Of a DNA stretch of 64,000 nt, positions 1 through 12,900 are shown in pieces. The translations under genes and the position numbers were made by a program. Below the pieces are notes generated by a model. That model was not told the origin of the DNA. It did no database searches and was given only the letters and a program-made list of their open reading frames with translations. Source of the stretch: Camelus dromedarius (lineage: Eukaryota); the NCBI RefSeq assembly GCF_036321535.1, contig NC_087437.1, positions 63,056,001 through 63,120,000 of the forward strand, read 5' to 3'. Positions within the stretch are counted from its first letter, which is position 1. Every line of letters begins with the position of its first letter.

Positions 1-1708
1 GTGTCCTTTCTAGAAGCCTTGGCTGGGTCTTCGGGCCTGTGCTCTCTCTGACCTCCATGGGAGGCCTGAGCCACAATGGGGAACCACCCAAGGAAGGAAG
101 CGGGACCACAAAAGGGAAGCAAAGCAACAAGTCCTGAAAGAATGGAAGCTCCAGAAGGGTGGGGTGATGCGGGCTGGAGGAGGGGCGGGGGCGAGGAGAA
201 GAGGGGTCTCAAACGGGAGAGGAAGTAGAAGGGGAGCAGCGGGGAGGATGGAAGGTGAAAGGAAGGAAGGAAAGTGAGTTCTTCGAAGTAAGATGCCTGG
301 AAAGAAATCTTGAAAAATTTCCCCACCCTAAATAGAGATGCACCTTGTTTTTTCACTTTATAAATTGTACTTGTATGTCTTTTATTCTTCACAAAGGGTA
401 CTTTAGACATTTCCACCACTTCCCCTACTGGGGTAGAGCTGACATGTTTTCTTTCTTTGACCACCTCCCCCCTCTCTCCCTCGCACACACTAGACCGCCA
501 ACCCTAACCCCTGCCTGTAAGTCACAGAGACCTTGGTACCTAACTGGGTTCTAACCACTAGAGTGGTTCTATTTCTTAGCCATCTTTTTCTTACAAGGAT
601 GGGGAATCACGTCAATGCCAAACCTGATTTTCCCTACACTTACCCACATTATTTTCCCATCCTGTGCTTGGGATGGGGACAGGTCCTCAGCACCTAGCAG
701 AAGACCTGACAAACAGCAGACACTCAACGTTTGTGGACACTCAATGTCAGTGAATGGTTCTCAGTCACTTCCCTGTGCCTCATACAACTTCTGTCTCTGA
801 GCAGGATCTTCCTTTCCTAGCTCACCTAAATTGCTGTGGACAGAGTCAGTATGACAACCTCAATTCTGGAAAGTGCCCTTAACACAGTGTTCATGTTCTC
901 AGTTCCAAGGGGTCACTATGGGGTCCACACACAAGTAGAGGCCACCACTGATCCATATGATAATTCAGGTCTCGGCCCTTTCTGGCCCTCATAAGAGACC
1001 TGGGAAGGTGCCCAGCCTCCTTGCCCAGTGTTCCCCCACCCTGCTCCCTATACCCACACTCCTCCTGCAGGCCTGGCGACCTCAGGGTACACTGGGCTGA
1101 CACGCAGCAGAGGGAAGGAAGGAGAGGGTGAAAGACTGTACAGAGGAGAAAGCAGCTTCAGCAGAAAACACACATGCAGCCTGCAGAACATTGTGACTTG
1201 GATTATTTTTGGAATCTAATGTTTCTAATGTTCAAGGGGAGGAAATGAGAAAAAGTAAGTAGAGATTCCCAGGACCAGCAGGCTGGAAATAACACAGGAC
1301 ACTGTGTCCTGTGTTGGGCGGGACACGACACACTTCCTTGCCCTAAGCCCAGTCAACAGGAGTGGCGGGGAGATGGTTTAGGCCCCAAGAGGAGGAGGGA
1401 GGGCAGGAGCAAGGGGGCACCAGAGACCTTCTTGGAAAAAAGCAAGAAATTACAAACTGCCCAGTAAAGACCTTTCCCTGAAGGGTCACAGCTCTGGAAA
1501 GCCTCCCTCCCAACACCAAGGGCTCAGGCAATTGAATCAGAGACTTGTCGGCACGCCCCCTAGAGGCCAGACCAGTGTTTGCCCTTTTATCACAGCAGCT
1601 GTAAGGACACAAGTCAGGTGACCACTGCTCTCCACTCCAACCCAGCTCCTCTAGCCACCTCCCAGGTTGCTGGCATCTGCACACTTTCTCCTGCAGGGTA
1701 AGAGTAAG

Positions 1709-1710
<2 letters not shown>

Positions 1711-1744
<34 letters not shown>

Positions 1745-1766
1745 ACGCGTGCGTGCGTGTGTGTGT
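1711..1766. repeat. (GT)16 plus an alternating purine-pyrimidine extension
   Basis: Counted directly. Confidence 0.95.
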
Positions 1767-4700
1767 TGGGGCAGCCAGGAGCTGCAGACTTAGAGCAGAG
1801 GGCCCACCTACCTGGCTCCATCCCAGGCACACCTCCCAACCTCACCAAATCTCAGCTTTCTATCTCTAAAATGATGCTCACATGCATGCCCCAGGCCTGC
1901 CACAAAAAGGAGATGGCAGACCAAATGAGGAACTCCCGACTGGGTTACTCTGGGTGGGTCTCTGCTCTGGGTCAAAGTTTTCTATGTAAAAGGAAGGGCT
2001 AGGCCAGAAAACCTCTAAGGTCAGGAGTGTGAGAACACTTTGAAAACCGACACTCAAAAAAAATATTTCGTATTATAATGACTACAATGGCACTTCAGTT
2101 TGACAAATGACACTGCTGGCTCAAGGGGCGTGGGGCTTGGAGAGCTGGTGAAGAGAAGAGGCAGTGGGCCAAGTGTGGGGCAGGGAGGAGGGGCCTCACC
2201 AGTTCTTGTCAGCCCAGGCAGAGTGAGACTCTGGGTCCTGCTCTGGGCCCTGGGGAGTGATCAGAACTGTTTGTATCTCAGAGGGAGAGGGCAGGAAACA
2301 GCAATGGATACCTTGCCCAGTGACAGGGCATCCTGGGGATGTCCTGAATTGCTAATAGAATTAACAGGACATACAAACAGCAAAACACAATAAGCACAAA
2401 ACCCTTAGTGCAGTGACCTGCTGCCTATCATGATGCTCTTCACCCAAAGGGCCCCATAAATATTTTCTCAGGGTGATCAAGATGAAAGCAACATTGTTTT
2501 GTTTGCACAGACCTCCAAGAATATTGAAATGCATAGACATATTTCTTGGGTGGACAGTAGGAAGTGCTTCTGGCCGCAAGCTTGTAAGAGAATTAGACAA
2601 CTATGCTCTTAGCTATAATGCATGGCAGGAGGTAATAAGTGTCTCAGATGTAGAAGGTGCATCGGGAGGGGCAATCACAGCCCACTGGGGAGAACCGCTT
2701 TCCTCTGAGTCTGCTTCAAGGACAGACGCTGTTTTTCCAGAGATCTTTCCCTGTGGCAGCTCCCCCAAACCTGACCCATCAGATATGACCCCAATTTGAC
2801 CTGGGGTCCTCCTCACTCAAGGGGACCACTCAATCTAGTGATCTTGGCGGTGGGGGAGGGTCATGAACCTACAGCATAATTGCCAACTTCTTTCAAAACT
2901 CAATTATTGATTCTGTTCCATTAGGGATCACTGAAAATTATTTGGATCAAGTTCATTTTGAAGACAGCATCGATGACACTCTGCGAGGTCTCTGCAGGTG
3001 CCAGATGACTGAGGAGTGAATCACGGCTGACACAGCACAGGGAGAAGGAAGGGAAGCCGAGGACTAGGGAGCAGCAATGCTGGGCCAGGCATGGGGCCGG
3101 CACCTCCACACACACCATCCCATTCAAGCCTTCTAACAACTCTGGGCAGCAGCTTGGGCATTTTTTTTAGGGAAAAGAACTCAACAGATTATGGTCCTAT
3201 CTGCTAAGAAAAATTTCTTATTTTCCATCATCACCCAAGGTGACAACCCTGAAGAGAGACAAGCCAACTGTAGATATACAAGGGAGAATGAAAACCAAAA
3301 AGGCAAAGATTATTACAGAATTGTTGAGCTCTAAAGGGGCTTCGACATAATGTAGTGCGGCAAGTCTCAAAGGAGGAGGAACGGCCGGCACATTGGGTGG
3401 GGGCAGGGGGGGTCCTTCATCAAACTACCCTGGAGACACTGAAATGTCCCCTTACAAGCCTATTCTTCACCACCACCTCCCCCACCACCATGACCACACA
3501 CATGCCCTGCCACCCTACTACTCCCACTGAAAGACATTTCCACAAAGAGAAAATATTGTATGTGAGAACAGTGCCATGTGGAAGCAGAAAAGAAATCAAA
3601 AGATGCTGAGTTAGCACAAATTATTCATCTTTGTTTTTTGGGGGAACATAATTGGGGGTCAAAGGTTAAAGATGTGGCCTATATCCCAAGTGGCAAGTGG
3701 CACTCCAGGACCAATCTGAACCCCACTCACGCAGCTCCGCCTCAGCATGGACATGGCACCCATGGGGGTGAACAGAACTTCACCATGCAAGGATGAATAT
3801 GCAGGAAAGCATTTAAAATTAGGTTCTCCAGAGGGAGCTTTCCCACAGGTGGCATGGTGAGGGCAGCCACTGAGGCCAGTCTCCTCTAAGCAAATGAAGG
3901 GTTCTCATTTGGGCAAATGCCATGGTCACAGAGGAGATGGGCACCTAAATATCCTCCTGAGTGTGAGGATAAAGATCTTGTCTTGGGTGTGTCCCAAGCA
4001 CAGGTTTACACAGGACACAACAAGCTGTATAAACCAGTAATAAACCCAGTTCCAGCACTGGAAGCCCCACTGGGTAGCTGTGTTCTCTTTGGGGGATTCT
4101 CTCACAAGAAGTGGGAATATGCTCCTTTCCAGAATGGCTTTGGGCAAGATTAGAGTATGGACCTCCCAGGTAGACAGCAGTAGAGCCTCCTTTATTCAGA
4201 AGCGAAGTAGACCAAGTTTCCTCCATCAGTTAAGACTAGTTATGCACCAGAGCCCTTCTAAGAACTTCCCCTTATCTACAAAGACTGGAAGGTTGTGGGT
4301 CTTCCCCAGATCAGAAGGCAGATGGTGCGTCAGCTTTGGTATTTTCTGATGCTTGTGACTGGCGTCAGCACATAGATGGGCATCAGGAGGTCACAGTGGC
4401 TGTCATCAGGATGACAAGGCTGGGTTTCCTACAGTGCGTGGGAGGTAAACTTTTTGATCTCAAGGTCTCTTCCAGTTCTACCATTCTCAGATGTACCCTA
4501 GGCACCCAGGAAAGGGGAAGGGGATAGGCAGTGAACAGCACCCACCCTTCCCATTCCCAAGGGGACACTGACAACGAGTACTTAATGACCCTTAACACCA
4601 CAAACTGCTCCCTAATGGGGAAGAGGCCTCCCTTCTCTCCAGTAATGGGATGTGATTGCAGGGCAGACAGCTTCATCACACAGGGTCCACTGCAGCTGGG

Positions 4701-5858
4701 GCGGGGGTGGCGAAAGGGGCAACCGGCTGTAAGACACAGCTGCAAAGAGAGCCGCAGTCTGCGCCCGCTAATGAGAGCGACCGGCCGGTGCTCTGTGAAC
4801 ACAGTGGAGGACAGGCCCATTAGTTACAGACCAGAGGGCACAGGGCCCAGGCAGCGGTGCTCATCTTCCAACAAGATGCACTGTGTGTTACTCAAATCAC
4901 CTCTGAATTACCCAGCCCTCCCACAAATTGCTCATTAAGGCTTTCCTGTCATTCCTGAGCTGCAATGCCCCCATCTCTGAGAACTCCCTAATCGCAGAGG
5001 CTGGGCCTAGGTTGGTGGGGTGCACACAGCAGACATAAGTAATATAAAACAGGACGTGATGACAACTTGCTGCTCCAAGACAGAACTTCTGGCTCACTCA
5101 TCTTTATCCAACTGCCTTGTTCTGGGCGCATGACAGCTGCTCAACAGCAGTTTATTAAATGAACGCGTGGCCTGCTTTATGGATCATCTCTGGAAAAGAG
5201 TCCCTCCTCCCAAAATGTTTAATTGGGAGAGAGAGTGGCTCCTTCCCCACCACCGCCAAGACTGGGAGTGCATGGGGTCATCCTAGAGGTCGGGGAAGGT
5301 GGTGAGGGGTGACTTCACTTCCCAAGGCCAGCTGGTGAACGGGGAGTACCACCCATTATTCAAGGCCTGGGAAAGAAGCTGTCACCCACAGGGCCAGAGG
5401 GGAGGCTTCTGAGCCCACTTCTTTATAAAATACAAAAATAGACGCTGGGTGATCACCAGACTCCTCCAATTGCCAAGAGCTTCCCAGATCTGGAATTAGA
5501 GGCCTCCGACAAGCCTCCCACCAGAAGGAGGCTAAGACATGGCTCATGCAGGAACTATTTCCTCAGGCCCTTGTTTAGATGTGGATCTGCACACACAACT
5601 CTTACCCAAACCGCCACCCTCCTCACCCCCTTTCCAAAACACCAAATAAGTCAAGGGCTGAGGCACTCTGTTCTGCACAGATATTTTAAATTAATCTTAA
5701 AAGGACTGTTTTACTCCCCTGCCCCTCACCCAGCACATTTCTGTGGCAGATGGGTCAGGCCTGAGTGGCATTTTCACCACTGACTCAAAATCGAAATATT
5801 CCTGGGCTGCCCTCCTCCGTTGTCCTTTCACTCCCGGTTTTGTTTTTGATAGTCTCTC

Positions 5859-5860
<2 letters not shown>

Positions 5861-5934
<74 letters not shown>
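5861..5934. repeat. Perfect (AC)37 microsatellite
   Basis: Counted directly. Confidence 0.97.
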
Positions 5935-5936
<2 letters not shown>

Positions 5937-5959
5937 CTTTTTAAGATATGAGCACAGAT

Positions 5960-6416
5960 CCTAACTTAGAGTCTGTGCACAGAATTCAGGGATGCTGTAT
6001 TTGGATGGGAAAAAAAAATGCCTTTATTTTCACTAACCTCTAACTAAAATACAGCTTTCTCTTCACTTATGAACACAGTCAACAAACTTCATTAATGTTA
6101 ACCAATACTTTGGCCTCTGACATCAATAGAAACTCACACATTTTCAAAGCACACCTGGGTTGTTGCCCTGAAATATCATGGTCATGACTACTTCAAAATT
6201 ACAGTAGTTACATGACTTAAAGTCCATCTTGTTATTTAACATGTTCCTAAAGAAGTACATATGTTGCTATATTTTGAAAATTTATTAACTGTATTTCAAT
6301 AATTATTTTCCAAGCCCATATATTTTTTGTATGTTTATAAATATTATTTTGAGAAGCTGTCCATAGGCTTCACCAGACTAAACGGGTCCAGAGCACAGAA
6401 AGGTTATGAGCCCCTG
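5960..6416. mobile_element. hAT-Charlie (Charlie4-like) DNA transposon fragment
   Basis: End sequence GTCCATAGGCTTCACCAGACT..GGGTCCAGAGCACAGAAAGGTTATGAGCCCCTG and an AT-rich interior. Confidence 0.65.
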
Positions 6417-8294
6417 CTGTCGACTAAGCATTAGAAGGTGGGATTTGAGAGTTTTCCCTGTAGTCATCATAGGCCAGGGGACCCAGGCTAACAGACAGTG
6501 GCCAGTGGTGGCATGAGTTGGATCCTAGCAGCAGAGGGATAGCAGGGCTATTGGGTAGGAGCCTGGGTGGGCTTTGGTGACAGACAAAATATTAGCTCTG
6601 TCCAGCCAGCAGTGTGATTGGTCAAGCCACTTCATCCTTCTGAGCTTCCGTTTCCTCAACTATAGAATAGGAATAATAATATACAATACAATTCTGTGAG
6701 CAGCAATTGAGAACATGTATGTGTGACAGCGATTACGGCTTGGTGGACTAGCACTTGGCTGACTCTAGAAGGTCAGCCTTCCCTGCCTGGACTCTGCTGG
6801 GACTAAGGTGTGTTATACTGTTTTGTTTTGGAGATGGGCACTGTCTGTGCCCCCTGCAGGCTTCCCTTATTCTTCAGCTTCAGGGATGCAGTGAAGTGTC
6901 TCAAACACTAAACACATCTAGGCAGACCTAAGTCTCCTACCACCCCTTCTGTCCTGGCTCACTGAAACTGGCATGCAGTCCAGGCTGCAAAGCAGATCCC
7001 CTGCTGCCCCAAAGCAGAATAGCCTCAAGTCAAAAGGAGATGTTCCAGACCTTTCCAACATCGGTCACAGGAATCAAAGTCCCTGCCTCTAACTTTACAG
7101 AGCAGCTGGCTGCTGATCTGGTGTCTCCCTTCACTTGGATATAATAAATAAGGCTTCTGTGGTCCAAGTGCCCACAACCCCAAATCCAGGCCAGGCCAGG
7201 TCAGACCCAGGCTGCCTGGCAACTGGGCAAAGAGCCCTCAAGAAGGCCAGTGGAAACCTTGCGACTCCTAAGGTTGTACAGAAAAACTTCTTTACTTGTC
7301 TCTTTCAAATGCTGGCTTAAATGATGTTCAATAGTTCTGTTGTAGAAACGGGCTATGCACTCTTTTAAAATTATACATATTGATTTTCAACTGATTACAA
7401 ATTATAAAAGATTAGAAAGCACAGAAAATTTATATAGAGAGATTAAAATCAACAAAAGCCTGGCCCCTAGAAATCAAAACCATTAACACTGTGGTGAATT
7501 TTCTTCCAGTTATGCCTACGTTGGCACACTTAATGTAAAGGGGATCATAATTATATAGTTTTATATCCTGATTTCATCACTTAAATAGCTAGAGACATTT
7601 TCAATATGGGCCCTTGAAAGACACAAAACCATTAAATCAGACACCATCTATAAAACTCACAGGATACCATGAGATGTCATGGTATTCCTACAAATAGTAT
7701 TGTGCATTCAAATACAAGTTATTCCCAGAAAACTATTAGGAGAGCCCGTTTCACTCTTCCAGAAGTGCAATAACAGTAAACTCCCTTCTTTAGCTTGGAG
7801 AGAAACTAGAGAAGATACTTCTGCATCCTCAGCAAAGAGGCACTGTATGGTATTTTCCTTTTTCAGTTTCTCATATCCCCCCTGATACGGGGAAAGCTTT
7901 GAAAATTCACTGCAGGAAAAATGGTGTCTTGTTGAGAAAGTGCACAGCAGCTGAGAAAAAACCTCCAGAAAGAAGTGGTGTGGCAGGAAGAGCCCTGGAC
8001 TTCAAACAGAAGAGAGCTGGATTGCTAGGTCAAGTCTGCCACTGAAGCCCCCAAAATCAAAGAGCACTGGTTTTGCCACATCAGCAGAGACACCACCACC
8101 CACCTCAAAAGACCAAAGGGCTGTGTAGATTAAATGAGACTCTGTACGTAAAAGTGCTTCGTCAACAGTCAAGTGCACTGCGGGACAATAATCGCTAAGT
8201 CATGTTGTTGTGGCTGGTCACAGTGCTGTGACTTCTATTGCTCAGCCAGCTCGAAGGCTTGAACCACTCACGGCCTGCCCTGAGAGGGGCAGTG

Positions 8295-8495
8295 TCCAAC
8301 AGTGTAAAAGCATGGACTCTGCAGCCACACTGCACTTCCTAGATGGGCCAAGTTAATTAGCCTCTCAGTTTCTTCATCTGTAAAATGGAATAATCATAAT
8401 CCACCCACCTCACAGGACTCTTGAGAGATTGAAATGAGTTAATCTACACATGGTACACGGAGAAAAGTACCTGGCACATAATAAACCCTACACAA
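8295..8495 (+). mobile_element. MIR SINE (the inverted L1 inserted at its 3' end)
   Basis: CCTCTCAGTTTCTTCATCTGTAAAATGGAATAAT..ACCTCACAGG..CCTGGCACATA. Confidence 0.8.
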
Positions 8496-9265
8496 TCTCC
8501 AAGTCCAGTTATCTGTTGATGAACATTTAGGTTGCTTCTATGTTTAGGTTACTGTAAATAGTGCTGCTATGAATATTGGGGCACTCTATTTTTCGAATTA
8601 GAGTTTTCTCCGGATATTTGCCCAGGAGTGGAACTGCTGGATCATAGGGTAAGTCTATTTTTAGTTTTTTAAGGAATCTCCATACTATTTTCCATAATGG
8701 CTGCAGCAAACAACATTCCCACCAACAGTGTAGGAAGGTTCCCTTTTCTCCACACCCCTCCAGCATTTATTGTTTGTGGACTTTTTAACGATGGCCATTC
8801 TGATTGATGTGAGGTGACATTTCTCTAATAGTTAGCAATATTACCATATTAAGTGAAGTAAGCCAGAAAGAGAAAGAAAAATACCATATGATATTACTTA
8901 TATGTGGAATCTTAAAAAAAATGACACAAATGGACTTATTTACAAAACAGAAACAGACTCACAGACATAGAAAACAAACTTGTGGTTATAAGGGTAGAAG
9001 GGGCGTGAAGGGATAAATCGGGAATTTGGGATTTGCAGATACTAACTACTATCTATAAAATAGATAAACAGCAAGGTCCTACTGTATAGTACAGGGAACT
9101 ATATTCAATATCTTGTAATAGCCTATAATGAAAAGAACATGAAAAGGACTATATATATATATATATATGAATCACTATGCTGTACACTGGAAATTAACAC
9201 AACATTGTAAGCCAACTATCCTTCAATTAAAAAAAAAAGTGTATACGCCAATAAACACTATACAA
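8480..9265. mobile_element. L1 with 5' inversion (minus-strand ORF2 piece ~8503-8830, then plus-strand 3' end ~8845-9238)
   Basis: Minus ORF 8527..8766 gives [26 protein letters not shown]; the plus segment carries the ORF2 end, 3'UTR and poly(A) at 9229-9238; degenerate TSD AATAAACCCTACACAA (8480-8495) / AATAAACACTATACAA (9250-9265). Confidence 0.88.
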
Positions 9266-9442
9266 GGGAGCTTTAAGAAGTCAGTGATCATTGGCCAAAT
9301 ATAAGACTGGAGTTAATGCATACCAGTCAAAACCAGTAGGCACATTTTTAAAGGCTTTCCACAAACATACTATCATTGACCAGAAAGTTGGACTAGCAGC
9401 CTCTGTCAGTTTCCCACTCGGGTTTGGCCAATGCCCCCCTAC

Positions 9443-9955
9443 CTTCTCGGCATCCTGCTCGAAGAGCCGCAGCTGGAAGCACTGGTCCAGCTTGAGCTTG
9501 CGCACGTGCCACATCTGGTGCAGGTGCTGCCGGGTGGAGTGCAGCTTGTCCAGAAGGCTGGTGATCTTGGGCACCAGGCTCTGGAAGTCAGCGCTGCCCG
9601 GGATGCAGTTGCGCCCTGAAAAGCCGTCGCTGCAGCGTATGCACTGCAGCAACCGCTGCCCCTCGCGGTCTAGCTCCTCCACGGGGGCCTTCAGCACCTT
9701 CTTCTTGAGCTGCGTGTGCTCGTCGATGAGCCGTCGCGAGCCCTCCACGTCCACAGGGAACTCCTTTCGGGCCAGCATCTCCTGTAGATCCTCAAGGCGC
9801 GAGAGCAGGTGCACGGCACTGTTGAAGAACTCCTCCAGGGAGAGCCGTAGCTCGATCCACTCCTCGTGGTTGTAGTCCAGGGAGCCATCGAACTCCTCCG
9901 TCAGCTGGGAGGGGTCCACCAGCTTCGTGAGGCCCTCCACGGACACCATGCTCGT
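9443..9955 (-). CDS. KALRN: KALRN exon 5 (513 nt; end of Sec14 and first spectrin repeat region)
   Basis: Acceptor ctctccatcccag|ACG, donor AAG|gtaggg; encodes [18 protein letters not shown]...[12 protein letters not shown] (171 codons); overlaps ORF 9281..9949. Confidence 0.97.
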
Positions 9956-12900
9956 CTGGGATGGAGAGACACAGAGAGGGAGACTCAGTGATGTGGGGGC
10001 AAATCAGGGGAAGACCCCAGGGCAGCCGTAGGTAGAAGAGAGAAAGTCAAGGGGAAAGGCCAAGCTAAGTCTACATATAATGACCACAGCCTGCCTGGGA
10101 AAGAGTGAGTGGGAGAGCATGCAGCCCCCTGGTCAGAAGCCACAATTAGCCAAGGTCAGCAGTTTCAATTGACTGGCTGACTGTGTCAAAAAGCCTTTCC
10201 ACCTGCCCTCCATTTGCCACTCAAAGGAAGACTGCTTTTATGTCCCTGCTGTCCTCATCTTCCTCCTCCTCACCTCCAAGTCTAGCACAACAGGGCTTGA
10301 GATGCTACAAGCAGGAGACACTGGAAGAATAGACCGAGTACCTGGGGGTCTAGTTCTCAACAGCTTTAAAACCCAAGGTGTCAACACAGTTGGATTCGTG
10401 TGCGTCAGTCCTTGGGCTGCGCGGGTCTCAGAGTGGATCTTTCTGCCTCAGGTTGGGCAGGCCTTGCCCTGCCCTGAGACTCTCCCCATGAGCAGATGTC
10501 CTCTGGTGCGAGACTGGGAAACAGACAGGGCTGGAGGCAGGGAGTCTGGGCCCTCAGCTTTCCCTGAGCCCCCTACAAGCTCTTGGAGAGCAGAGTGGAG
10601 AATGTCTGTCTCCAGGACACAGAGCAGCAAATGACAGCACAGGCAACCATCCCAATTTACCAAGAAACATCTTTTCCTTCCTATAGGATATGCCAATTCT
10701 CTCCCTGGAGAAAGAGAGGCTACTAGAGAAATATCGGGTCCCAGGGTCCAGCCCTACAGTCACTCGTCATGTGAACTGGGTGAGCTACTTAAGTTCTCAG
10801 AGCCTCAGTCTCCTCCTCTGTGTAATGGAGAGAGTAATGCTTTTCTCCTAGGGCTGTGCTGGAATTAAATGTGACAATGTGTAAAGCACCTGGGGCCCTG
10901 GCATGGAGCACGTGCTCAGTCCCTGTTAGCGCTCATCGGGATGCTCTGAAGGCTGCATCCTTCCTGGAACCTTTAAAAGCAGTTTGTCTCCCTCTGTCTT
11001 GCTGATGCCTGAGCATCTCCTCCTTGTCTCCCTTTCCCGTCCATCTTATTCCAAAGACACAGGAAGGAGCTGTCTGTGTTTGGAACAAGGGTTCTCAAAC
11101 TGGACTGCTCATCAAGGTTCCTGGGGAAGCTTACAAAAACACTGGTGCTCCAGCCCTGCTACAGCTTGGGCATGGTAGTTTTAAAAAGCTCCAAAATGTG
11201 CAGCCATTGACACAAACCTCTGCTAATCTACATCTCTGCTAGTCAAACTGCTGTCCTCAAGCCAGCAGCACTGGTACCACCTGGGAGCTTATTAGAAATG
11301 CAGAATCTCAGGTCCCATCTACACCTACTGAGTCAGGATCTGCATTTAACAAGATCCCCAGGGGACTCTATACATTAAACTCTGAGCACTGTTCTAGAGC
11401 CCCTTCTCCTTTCAATTCAGCTCAAAGTTCACCACCTCCAGGAAGTCTCCCGTGATTCTGTTCACCAATTATTAAGTATCTGCTCTTGAATAAGCCTAGA
11501 CTCTCATCTCTGTAGCACTAACTGCCTCTGTCTGCACTAAGGACTTCATCTGTTACTTGTAAAACACTACTTTATAAATACTCTTCCAAGTTAGAAGCCC
11601 AGCTAAACCCCCTGTTCTTCTTGCTTGGGAGGCAGAGACAAGCTTGCTCAGCTTACGGTGAAGGGGTGCAGAGAGATGGGAAGTACTGAGCAGCTACGCT
11701 GAAGCCAGTTTCAGGACTTGCTGGAAAGACTGTTTCCAGTCACTTCAGCTAATAAATTTAAAGGCCTGTTGTCACTGCTTCTGTATAAACAAACCAAAAA
11801 TATACAAAGCATTTACTTCCCTACAGGATTCCTAGAGTTGGGAAGGGGTACTGGGAGAGCATGAGAGTTAACTCTTTCTATAGCAAGTCAAATTTCTGGT
11901 GTTATTTACACAGAGGACTGCTGTGGTCAGGAGGTGGTCAGGGTGTTGAGCTCAAATCACAGCCTATAGGAGCCACCATCACTCACACAGACACTCCCGG
12001 CCCCCGGGGACAAGCATCTGGAATGGGACGTTGACACAAGATGAAGAGCAGCTCTGCCTTTCTAATGTGCACACGTGCACACGAGGTCCGTCCCCTCGGA
12101 GATGAGGCGAGAATTCCGAGAAAGGGGAACAGCTCGAATTTGGCTGGAACAAAGGTTCCTAAAGCATTGATTTAATCTGATGTGTTGTCTTTAAAAACTC
12201 TCAGGGGACATATATAGCCTCTAGAAAAATCTAGTTAAAAAACAACATGTTTTCTGAGTGTAAAAGGAATACAAATTCTCAAAAGAAAACAGAGAAATAT
12301 GAAGAAAACAAAAATCACCCATAATCCAGCCAACTCAGACAAAGCACTGTTAACATTTTCATGTATTTATCAGCCTTCTTTTCCATACACTATACACTTA
12401 AGAACAAATTTTAGATTATATTGTTGATACTGTTTTACAACCTACCTTTTTTAAAACAATAATCATGTTTGCTTTTCAGTGACACGTGGTCATTGAATGG
12501 TCATTGACACATGGTGTCATTGAAAAATTAGCATGATTATTGTTTTTAAAAAGGCAGGTTATAAAATCATATTTATATGATTATATGACTTCATATGACT
12601 TTTAATGGGTTCATAGTATTTGCGTATTAATGTCACCAAAATTAATGGATACTTAGGATACAAATTACACATATGTGTATATATGTCTATATGTAAATAT
12701 ATGTAGATATATGTGTGTATATTATTGCAAAAAACGCTGTGATGGACATCTTTGTAGACATTTGCTGTAATTATAATTTGCTCTTCAGCTTTTTGTTTTG
12801 TTTAATTTTTATACTAAAAAGTTTCCTAGAAGGATGACCACTAGATCAGAGGCTATAAACTCTTTTTAAGGCACTTGACCCAAATTATCAAGTCTTCTCT

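Noticed and set aside
9281..9442. C-terminal extension VGGHWPNP... of ORF 9281..9949
   Set aside because: Read-through past the GT donor into intron 5; Kalirin similarity stops at DAEK.
9690..9698. TTCAGCACC, the left half of a REST/NRSE site
   Set aside because: The GGACAG right half is absent at canonical spacing, and the sequence is explained by coding constraint.
9291..9875. 194-aa plus-strand ORF antisense to exon 5
   Set aside because: Shadow ORF produced by the GC-rich codon usage of the real exon; no recognisable protein.
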